Below, in pieces: positions 38,136 through 49,016 of a stretch of 64,000 nt of DNA. The stretch covers positions 9,796,001 to 9,860,000 of the forward strand of contig JBHGNT010000014.1 in the NCBI GenBank assembly GCA_043228905.1. The letters are read 5' to 3'. Each line of letters starts with the position of its first letter. The first letter of the stretch is position 1. A model generated the notes under the pieces. The model did no database searches, was not told where the DNA came from, and was given only the letters and a program-made list of their open reading frames with translations. A program made the translations under genes and the position numbers. The stretch is from Azolla caroliniana. Taxonomy: Eukaryota > Plantae > Polypodiophyta.

Positions 38136-41100
38136 TGTTAATCCTTAGGGCCGGACAATGGCCTAACACAGGGTGTCTCCAGAAGACACTTCACCAAAGG
38201 GGTGTTATGGCGAGATAACTTAAGACACGACAATTAATCTGACTTAATTGGCTACTTAGCAATAAGGCATTCACTTAATACACGCGTAAGATATAACAAT
38301 TAATATAGAACGGTAATCAATACGTGAAGATAAAACAAGAAGCTTATATTAATTCTCTGTTAAAGTTATACATTGTAACCGGGCCTTTATATAGGTCACT
38401 GGTGCTGCGTACAAAACGGTGCCAACCGGCACCTATTCAGAACCGGTCCGGATTCGGATCGGCATACCGATTCCGGTCCGTCCGTTCACTACATACTTAT
38501 AATCTATAAAACATATTCTGAATAACCATCCCTTTCACATTCTGGTCTTTAATCCTTTGTCGGCCGAGTAACACATGGCACGCCCGTGGGATAGTACTTT
38601 GTACGTCGAATCCCACTATCCGGCCCTTAAGCCTTCATCCAAGATATCCAGAATACTCTGCTCCAGGGTATCCAATGGTTGTTCGGAACTCTGTTGTGGT
38701 TGCTGCGGCTGTTGTGGCTGTTGTTACTGCTCCGACTCCTCTGATTGTTGCTCCTTAGATGGCGTCTGTTCGGCTCCCGGTACCGGCGGTTGTGGAAGTG
38801 ATTCCTCCTTAGCTGCTTTGCCGGATTTGACTCTGGTTGACTCGCCCTAGCCTTGTCTCCGTCCGGTCCTTGCTCCGGTGATGGCTCCTTATCGCTGAGG
38901 TTGACGGTCGCCACCTGCTTTGCTTCTTCTCTCTGTAGCCTGGTCCGTTCATAGCTTTCAAACTGGATTTGAGCATCCAGTTGATCATCATCTAGCTGTG
39001 CTACAAGTTGCCGGACCATTGCTGACTGCTCCTCCGCCAGAGTTACAAAATCTTCGGCTAACTCATCTCTTACGGTGGTGAAGTCCTCCTTCATTAGCAT
39101 GTAGTAGTTGTCGCCATCCTTCGGCTGGTTTTCCGCGTCCGCCTGTAGCAACTGGAGCTCGGCTGTGTGCTTTGCCCATTTGTCACATTACTGGGAGTAG
39201 GAGGTGGATACGGTGGCATTGATCAAGCAGTTGAAGGACGAATGACAAGCCATGGAGGACAAATCGAAGCATGGGTTTTCGGGCTGCCCTGGGCCGATGA
39301 GCTCTTCAACATTCTCCTTTTGTTGTTCAAGCTCTGCCGCATTCCGCTCATTTGCCTTCTTCACCCATTCGGTTGCCTACTTCCGGATGACTTCTTGAGT
39401 TTCCCACTCCGTGGCTTTGCCTTTTGATCTTGTAGTGACTTGTTGTATGTCCGCGACTTTCGCGTCTACCATGTTCACCGCTGGTCGCTTGTCGTAGCTC
39501 TTCGTCGGACATTGATTACTATAGTGGCCTTCTTGCCAGCAATAATAGCAGTACGGCTTTCGGGTGTTGCTGGATTCGGCGTGTGTGCTTGGTGCAGGTC
39601 CTGTGGTAAGTGCTTGGTTTTGGTCCGGTTGGCTGCTTGGAGTGCCCTTTTCCAGTTCCCGTTGATGACCCCCCTTTTTGTTGAAATGACATTTCTTGAA
39701 ATTCTTTTTGTTTCAGTAACCTTGACGGTGTTGGTCGTCATACTTGCCATAGTCTTCCCGTCGGTGGTTGTAACTAGGGGAGTGCTCCCGGTTGTATCTC
39801 TCATACCGTCCATTATAGTCCTGGTATCTATCCTGTCTGTGATATCGGTCATAAACGTCTCTTCGATCGCTGTACTGGACATCTTGTGCCGGTCGGTAGC
39901 GTTCCTCTCGCCGCCAGCAGTCTTCTTCTTCCTCCTGGTTGCTCTATGGTTCAATTTGCCAGACCGGTGGTGCTTGCCGATTTAACAAGTTATATTCACA
40001 CCGTTCCATTGTGTGACTTCTAGAGTGGTAGAGCAAGCATTGGGAACGCATGGTGCATTCCAACGCCGAATGTTCGGCATTCAGGCATGTTGTACATCGA
40101 ACTGCTTGCGGAAACAAAGGTCCTCTTTCGTTGGTAGTGCACGCTGAAGTGCGCCCATGGTTAGCCATGAACTTGAGGTTTCCATTTCCCGAACTTGGTC
40201 GATCACTTGATCTATGCTGCTGGTGCGGAAATCAATAACGGTGCACACCGTACGTAAGGGTTCCTGGAGGGCTGCTAAGAATATGGCCTTTGTTTCTTCC
40301 TCCGGTGGTGTTCGACTAAGCTAGCTGTGGATCCGCTGGAACCGGATGACAAACTGCTGAATGTTCTCCGTTGGTTCCTGCCGGATACTGTAAAATAAGC
40401 CTACCATTTCCCGCTGGTTCATCTCCTTGTGAAAGAAATGCAATTTTTTTTCCTTTAATGTTTCAAACATGGGGATGGTGCTGGGATCTTGTGTTCGGTG
40501 CCATCTGGCGGCCGGTCCCTCCAAGGTCATGCCGAACTCTGCTCTTTTTGAGCGTTCCTCTTCGTTTGCATTTAAGCGTTGGGACACATGGTTCGCCTCC
40601 CAGGTCTGCTGAAACGCATGGACGTGGGCTTCCGCGTCCGGATCATCCCGGTATCTAGGATATTGGAATGGCATATCGTCGTCTAGTGTCGGTACACGGG
40701 CTAGTGGTGTCGGTGGTCGTTCCTCCTCTTTTGGTGTCGGAGGTTTTTCCCGGTCTTTTGTCGCTGTTGGAGGTCTTTCATGCTCCTCTTTCGGTGTCGG
40801 AGGCTTCTCCTCCTAGACTTCCGGTGTCAGAGGGCTCTTGTCCTCAACTTTTGGTTCCGGAGTGTGGTCGACTTCCGGTATCAGAGGTTCCAGCCTTGTC
40901 AATTCTGGTTCCGGTGTCGGCAAGGTATCTGACTCCTCATCCTCTGGTCCGCATGGGGTGTCGTTACTGCTGCGGTAGTTCGTCTGCGGCTGTATTCCCT
41001 GTCCGAACCCGATTCAAACGCCGAAAATGCTTCGTATTTGCCTTCCCCCCGCTACCAATGCCTGGAGAAGGGATTCCGCTTCTCGGAGGCTGCTTAGGCT

Positions 41101-41782
41101 GCTTCCTTCGTCAGGGTAGGTGTTTTGTGGTAACCGAAGTGATTCCTTAGCCACTCTTCAGATCACCTTGGAAAATGAGCGATCCGCTCTGATTTCTTCT
41201 GCCACTTGCTGGAAAGCCTCTTGCTTCCTCAGCCGTTCAACAAGTCTCCTTGCTTGCTCCGTAACCGGGTCGTTTGTTGGTCACGTCATCCATTCTTGCC
41301 GATGTTCGCTGCGATTGTGCAGGAATCGTGGTCGCCAAAAACTGTGTTAATCCTTAGGGCCGGACAATGGCCTAACACAGGGTGTCTCCGGAAGACACTT
41401 CACCAAAGGGGTGTTACGACGAGATAACTTAAGACACGACAATTAATCCGACTTAATTGGCTACTTAGCAATAAGGCATTTACTTAATACACGCGTAAGA
41501 TATAGCAATTAATACAGAACGGTAATCAATATGTGAAGATAAAACAAGAAGCTTATATTAATTCTCCGTTAAAGTTATACATTGTAACCGGGCCTTTATA
41601 TAGGTCACCGGTGCTGCGTACAAAATGGTGCCAACCGGCACCTATTCGGAACCGGTCCGGATCTGGATCGGCATACCGATTCTGGTCCGTCTGTTCACTA
41701 CATACTTATAATCTATAAAACATATTCCGAATAACCATCCCTTTCACATTCTGGTCTTTAATCCTTTGCCGACCGGGTAACA
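38136..41782 (-). mobile_element. Element D: internally deleted non-autonomous member of the A family
   Basis: 438-bp LTRs 38136-38573 and 41345-41782; TSD CTCCA; PBS TGGCGACCACGATTC identical to A; gag with Zn knuckles; pol absent; C-terminus of the extra ORF retained (38627-39180). Confidence 0.92.
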
Positions 41783-43870
41783 CTCCATTGGTGATCTCTA
41801 CTCCGGATATGACCAATGGAGTAGATATGAGCCCAATTTATATGTGACTGTAGATATGAGCCCAACCGGAATCGGGTGGTTCATCAACCAAGAAGGAGAA
41901 GATAATGCGAGGTATGCCATCCGGTTCAGAGCAAAGGTTCTCAACGAACGACAACGAGGATACACCCAAATCAAGCGGGAACTTTGGGGTATTGTGTCGG
42001 CAGTGAAGATGGACAAAGACTACTTGATCGGGTTGGAAGTGATAATTGAGACAGATTGTCTCCCAATCCTCGGGATGATCTCAGAATGTGCGACCCCAGA
42101 TCTAGCTATGCTAAGGTGGATCACCTATATCAAGTCTTTAAGCCGAGAGATCCGCCACATTGCAGGGAAGAAGAACACCATGGCTGACATGCTATCAAGG
42201 GCAAGATTTGAGAATGACGGTGACATGGTTTCGAAAGATGAAGACGTCACCCTCGACTTCTTCAAGGTGGCCCGACTATCGGCGGAAGACAAGGACACAC
42301 TAACCCTCCACGCCTTGAACGAGGACGAGTACGAAGGAGAGTGGTTACTGATCGGCAGATTCTTAAGAACAATGACGACGGATGCTTCATTGACGAAGGA
42401 GGAGGCTCTACAAATTCGGAAGAAAGCTTACCAATACTTCTTGAGGGGAGGATTCCTTTGGCGACACCCAAAAAGAAGGATAGGAATGCCACGTCGAGTG
42501 GTGGTAAAGAAAGCAGAGCAAGTGACGCTGATGACCGAATTCCACGAGAGTCCTTGGGCAGGTCATAGAGGAACATGGGCGACATTCGAAAAGTTGAAGG
42601 AGAAGTATTGGTGGCCAAGCATGTACAAAGATGTACTCCATTTCGTGTCCACATGCGAAACTTGCCAAGTAGATTCGAATATATGTCATCATCATGAGCT
42701 ACGACTGACATACCTGCTCACCATACACTTCAAATGGATGGTGGATCTGGTCTCGATGCCAATGGGAGTGGGACAAATGAAGTACTTAGCTCTAGCAAGA
42801 GAATACTTGACAAATCAAGTAGAAGGACGGGCCTTGACAAATAAGATGACGTCAGTAGTTTGCAAATTTCTACTTGAAGAGGTTGTATGCCGATATGGAT
42901 GTGTGGGAAAGATAGTGGCCGACTGAGGGGAGTTGGATGCACATGAAGCAACGGAGCTAGATAGATCAAGGTTGGCCATACCCATTGCGGGAAAAAGAGT
43001 AAAGATTTTCAAGAAAAGACAAGACGAGGATCCTGACCTCGATCACCTCAACGATGAAGATAGTAGGACAGAACCTACAAACTTGATTTTATGTACACGA
43101 GGACGTGGAGGAATCTAATTGTTCACCGTAACTGAAATCTCACACTCTCTCTTCTTGGCACGTACTAGAGGACGTGCGGTTTGGTGGGGGTAGATGTCGT
43201 AAAGATTTTCGCCAACGGTGTGAAAATAGGATGGAATGTACAAAATCGAGTGTGGTTCTTCACACACAACATAAAACAATAATAGTGAAGATACTATTTT
43301 AGATTAGCTTAATATCTTAGTACGGGAAGATGGAGGTCTTCAAGAGCTTCCGAATGTACTTTACTATATTTGAAACAGACAACTAAATGTCAAATTATGT
43401 GAATGTGAAGTTTGAGAAGAAGAAGAGAAAAACAAAACCATAAGATATCCCACATAGATAGGACAAATCAAGATCCCACAGTATATAACGAGAGCAAGAA
43501 CTTATTACTTTCTATCTATGTTTGTGGCGCAAAATGTTGTTGGGCTAAACTGTGGCTTAACTACTTGTAATGGTTTTTGGAGAACCGGAACCAAAATCGG
43601 ACCGACGACGACGGAACTGAAACCGAAACCTGCACTAAAATGGACGGACGACGATGGAACTGAAACCAACCCCTGCACCGAACGGTGACAGAACCCGAAT
43701 TGACACCGACGACGGAACCAAAACCGGAACAGATAGACCGGATCATCGGGTTGGAAGCGGACCAGATAAATGGATCGATTAGATAGATTGATCGCGACGA
43801 TTTCGGTGTGAAATGGACAAAATCATCTAAACTAAAAACCTAGTAAGAATTTGTATACAAAGGGATGCAA

Positions 43871-43928
43871 GCAAGGCTTGAACCTTGCACCTCCAAGATA
43901 AGAGGCAATAAACTTACCACTAAGCTAA
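43871..43928 (-). other. tRNA-like A-box/B-box module in the B 3' LTR (second copy at 29598-29655)
   Basis: TAGCTTAGTGGTAAG...GGAGGT-GCAAGG-TTCAAG-CCTTGC; GG to TTC spacing 36 nt as in tRNA; no acceptor stem. Confidence 0.7.
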
Positions 43929-44402
43929 ATCATTTCCTTAGAAATGTTTTTTCTATCATTATACTTTTACCTGTAAATTCTCATATTAGAGCTTGATTGA
44001 GTGACATGATTATCATGCATCACATGTAATGCATGAGCGCCAAATGGCTAACATGCATCACATACATTCCATGCATTGTATGCATGCTTATACCCTCATA
44101 TGCATCATATGCATGGGGACGTCTATAAAAGAGTGATTGAAAAAGATCAAAAGGGGGGGGGGGGGGGGCTATGTATTAATGAAGAAATTAAGAGTAAGAA
44201 AATTCGTTATCCCATTTTTGTGATGTATTAATCTTGTCTCTCAATCTAAAGTCAAGCGTTCTATCTCATCTCAATCTCTCTCTCTTTCAATCTATCTTAA
44301 AATAATTTCTCGCTAAAGCTTGTGCAAACTTGGAATCCTTCCGGTCCAGAACCCCGACGGTTCCGCCTCACGATCCGCACGTAGTGACGGATCTTCACGA
44401 CA

Positions 44403-45683
44403 ACGAAAACGGTTGGCAGTCCAAAGCCGTCATTTTTGTTTATTACAGGACACATTGTACCAGAAGAGAGACGACGAAATATGGCGACGCACAGTCTGGA
44501 GGGACGAAAAGGACGCAATCCTATGGGAAGCTGATTGCGGAGTGGCAGGAGGCCAATATGCCGGGGATGCTACAACAAGGAAAATTTGGAGAAGTGGATT
44601 ATGGTGGTCGACAAGCCTGAAAGACGCCATCCAATATGCAAAGGGATGTGATCTCTACCAATGGTTGGGTCAACCCACGGAACGAGCACAAATGCCTCAC
44701 CAATCGGTCTTGCCATTGGACCCTTTTCAGAAATGGGGTTTGGATTTTGTAGGACCATTCAAGCCGCCAGCAATGTGAACCGACAACCAGTATATTATTG
44801 TCGCGACCGATCATTGTACAAAGTGGGTAGAAGCCAAAGTTCTGAGAGACAACACCACATCATCAACAACAATTTTTTTATATGAATACATTTGGTGTAG
44901 GTACGGTTGCCCGATCGAGCTTATCAGTGATCAGGGTGGTCATTTCCAAAGCCAGGTAGTGGAAAGCTTGAGAACCTTCTACGCGGTTGTGTATAAACGG
45001 AGCACACCGTACTATCCACAGGCCAACGGACTGGCGGAATCCATCAATAAGACACTCTAGAATATTCTCCGGAAGATCGTCAATGAAAACCAGACTGATC
45101 GGGACACAAAGTTACAACGCGCGCTATGAGCATACCAGAGGACGTACAAGACAAGTATCCGTACGACACCGTTTTGGTTAGTGTATGGGTTAGAAGCGGT
45201 CATGCCGATGGAATTTCAAATTCCTAGCTTACGGAAACAAGTCCGAGAACGGTTGAGTGAAAAAGAATCGGAAAAATCCCGTTGGCGGCGTTGTGTGAAT
45301 TGGAAGAGCACTGAATAGCGAGTATCTTACAACTAGAACTTGAGCAATGACGAAGAAAAGCTTTCGTGGACAGGCACCGGTAGGGAAATGAGAAAGATTT
45401 TGGGATCGGCAAAGTCGTCTTAGTAATGCAGACCCGAATGGGGAAAATGTTGGGAAAGCTACGGTTTTGGTGGACCGGACCGTATTGGATAACGAGAGAG
45501 TTTAAAGGGTCCTACCAATTGGGCACTTTAGCCGGTGAAGTACTAGAAAAGTGGGTTAATGGGTTCCGGTTAAAACCCTACTACGGACCAATGCCAAGGA
45601 ATCCGTTCGGGCAACGGAAAGAGGAAACAGAAGACGGTAAACTTGCACCAAAGCCGGCATTGCCGGATACTACAGATGAATAA
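44403..45683 (+). pseudogene. Element A integrase remnant
   Basis: GGQYAGDATTRKIWRSGLWW, FQKWGLDFVGPF, ISDQGGHF, YYPQANGLAE, GKLRFWWTGPY (GPY/F motif). Confidence 0.88.
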
Positions 45684-45848
45684 TAGTACTTTTGACCGCA
45701 CGAGAGAAAAGAAAAAAGAAAAAAGAAAAGAACGGCCACCCCAAAATGACATGATGTCAGCCATTTAAAAGTGCACCATGCGGCATACAAATACTATTGT
45801 GATACACGACGTGCATGCGTGAGAATCAAGAAAAGGCGGCTGGACAAA

Positions 45849-48633
45849 ATGGGGGCACAAAACATCCGGTTAACAGAGGCATTGTCATTTCATGAAAATA
45901 GGATATTCAAAGAGCAAAAGCGCTTACAGATTTCCGAACGTGCGCAGGCAAGCACTGATACCCAAGCACTCCACCGAAGCAACGAGAGCGAAGAAGAAGA
46001 CACAAGACAATTGGCTCTATCAGACGTCAACAAGACCTGGCTCAACAGAAACGGATTAGAAGGGTTCCTACGAGTGGTGGAGGTGCCACCGCATGAAGAA
46101 CCAAAGAAGGTCGCGTTACAAATTGACCTCGAGGAAATCACAGAGGGCATGGTGCAGGCCCTTACCGGACTACCAGCAGGAGGCTTCTACTCCATTGAGA
46201 ACCCCTCCACTGAGACACTGACGGATTACTTTGGAGAGTACTCCATAGCCATCAAAGCAAACCACACACAAGGTGGTGAGGACCTTCTGTTTCGAGAGGT
46301 GGCACGGGTGTTGATCAAATATGGATTTATGCATCCTTGTCCACCGCCCATGCCTAAAAACAAAGCCGGTTTTATCATTGCGACGTATGAAGGCGTTAAG
46401 GTGGACTAGCCGGTTATAGTGTGAGATTCCTCGCGAGTTGCCATTCAATCAATTGTGGAGGGGAAGAAGGCATGGATTGTGGTGGCGCAATGGATGACCT
46501 TGTTGGTACCCCAACCACTGGCCATTAAAGCAAAGAAGCGGGGCCGATTGGTAGAAACAACGCCGAATAAACCCTCGAAACGACACTAGCTCCTCACCAA
46601 GCACACCTCCCCTTGGATGGAAGGGGGCTTGTCTCAAAAGGAAACGGAGCAGTTGGGCCAGAAGAAACAGGTGGAAAAGCCGGTCAAGCCCATCAAGATC
46701 AAGCTGCGCCGGTAGGACCGGGAGACGGACACCTTGGTCCAAAGAATCAACCAAGAAACCGTAGAGGAAGACGCGATGGAAGAACCCATAGAGACCCTCC
46801 AATGTCGGTAGAGAAGGCGTGACAGGGAGTAGCAAGGTGATAGATTGGGTCTAGGTCTGGACAACACCCCGATTCCCCGCTCCGCGGTAGAGGATAGAAG
46901 GCTAGAAACCGGCTCTATAGGACCATGAATGGTGGCACCGGTTCTGCAAGAACCAAAACATATGTCACTGGATCAGCAGGCGTACCCAGACGAGGAACGA
47001 CTTCCAGAGCTGGATGCACTAGGGCTGCAAGGAGAAGGTCCAAGGCCGGAGTCAATGCCACAATCAATTTCACTGAGACAACACAACACCTGTAGTCAAT
47101 GGTTGAGATGGCTGGGGGAGCAGGTGTCAGGAGTTGTGAACCGGATGAACAAAGAAGAAAGGATGCAAATGGACCAGTTTTCCACCACAACCGAAGAATT
47201 AGAAAACCCAGACGAGGATCCAGACCTTAGAAGAAGAGTTGGAGAAGGCCAAGGAAAGCGCGGCCGGCATGGCCAAGATAGGGCCAAACACAACCACTGA
47301 GCCGGTGGCACCGGCTAACACACAAGCACCAGAGGAACTGGTGGCCAGCACAACCCCGATAAATAATATCGAGTGAGAACAAGAACAATCAACCTTGAAA
47401 GAGGATTGGTCGCTCAAGAGGCCCTAAGGGGTAGAGAAAGAGAGCAAAAGAAAGTAGTCGAGGAGGAGAAGCGGAGAATAGAAGAAGCTCTCCAGAAGAG
47501 TCATGCCACTAACGACCGGCTGAAAGAGGAATGCGACAAGTTGCTGTAGGAAAAGGACAAGCTCCGGCATGGTGCAGAAGCAGAAATAGAATGGCTCATG
47601 GAGGAATTACGACAATAGAAGTACAGGGAGGATCCGCGCTCGCTCTCAAATGAACTACAAGCTAAAACAAAAAATGGAAGACTTTGATAAGTTGCGCCAG
47701 GACCACAAGAAACTAGATGCAGAGCACAAAAAGCTTGGGGTAGAATTGGACCGACAATAGGAGAAGTTGAGGGAACTCCGGGTGGAGGTAGCTAAGAAGT
47801 CAGACGCGTTGGCGGAAGAACGGACAAAGGCGGTAGAGTCAGCAAAATTGCTGGAAGAGGCGGCAAGAGAAAGGATGGAGCTAACCTGACAACACTACGA
47901 GGAAATGGAACAAGCAAAGATGGCTCTGGATAGGGTTCAGATGAATTATCAGACCCAAATGCTTGAATACGAGGTGTAGGCCTAGGCTACCGCATCGTTG
48001 ATTAAGCAGCTGAAAGAGGAGAAGCATGCGGCGGAAGATAGCTCGAAGTTGGGAGTACGCCGGATCCGAGCAATACTGGCAGCATGGAAAGAACGGATGA
48101 AGAGGAATATTGATGAAAGCTTGATGGAATGGTGGACTCATTGGTCACGACGAGCGGCAAAATTGCAAGTCCTTCACGCGGACGCCGAAAACCGGAAGAA
48201 GGACGACGACAACTTCTACAAAATGGACAAGGAAAGCATCGTCACCATCCGGGAAGAGTTGTCGGACGACTTCATGTCCTTAGTGGGAGTTCACCTTAGT
48301 TCGGTTCGACGGTTGATCGAGAGACTAGATGACGATCATCTTGGCACACAACTCCAATTCCAACGAGAACGACGGCGACGTGAGGTAGAACGAATGACGA
48401 CTGCAATTAATATTAGTGATGATGAGCCATTTGTGGATCCATAACCGCAGCCGGACCAACCACCGAAGGAAGTCGGAGGAGAGCAGCAAGAAGAATTTGG
48501 CCCGGAGCAGACAAGGGATGCCAAGACGGAGTTACTAGTCAGAGTCGGTGGGGAAGGGAACGCGGAGCAACAGAGCGAGGGACCGCTCGAACCCCTGGAT
48601 CATAGTATATTGGACATATTCGATAAGGATTGA
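45849..48633 (+). pseudogene. Extra sense ORF 3' of integrase in element A (unknown, coiled-coil-rich accessory protein, now interrupted)
   Basis: Fragments 45771-46409 and 47998-48444 plus intervening E/K-rich frames. The C-terminus is homologous at protein level to ORF 38627-39151 of element D. Confidence 0.65.
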
Positions 48634-49016
48634 TAGAGCTACCCACGGGTTCGACGTACAATGTACTGTCCCACGGGCGTGCCATGTGTTGGCTGGTGGC
48701 TAGAGTATAAAATATAGTAGAGGAAGAGCCAATTTCATATTTGTTAAGATTAGTATTAATGAGAATTATAATAGGAACGGGTGGCTTTAGAAAAGATGTA
48801 CCGATCTGAATCTGGACCGGTTCATAGCCGGTTGTCGGTTTGGCACCGTTTTGTAAACAGAACCGGATACCTATAAAAGGATCCGAAGAACGATGTATAT
48901 GGGGACGGAATTAATATAAGAGGGTCTTGTTACTATTGTATATTTGTTCAATTTCGTTAAGTGCTTATGGTTTTTTTTAGCTTACATGTGTAATTAGCCA
49001 TATGTGATTGTCTATC

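Larger units (their letters stand above)
28809..44402 (+). mobile_element. Element B: decayed Ty3/Gypsy with tRNA-Trp PBS, inserted in the RNaseH/integrase junction of A
   Basis: LTRs 28809-30126 and 43195-44402 (TGTCGT...ACGACA). Degenerate 4-bp TSD ACAG/ACGA restores host reading WDE-RKRLAVQ. PBS TGGTGAACCCGACGT|GAAAG split by element C. gag about 34990-36700, PR LIDHGSEIN, RT N-terminus, RH, INT HHCC. Confidence 0.9.

Noticed and set aside
43871-43928. Functional tRNA genes in LTRs (also 56392 and 60374)
   Set aside because: No acceptor stem or proper anticodon arm; only A/B boxes and the T-arm remain.
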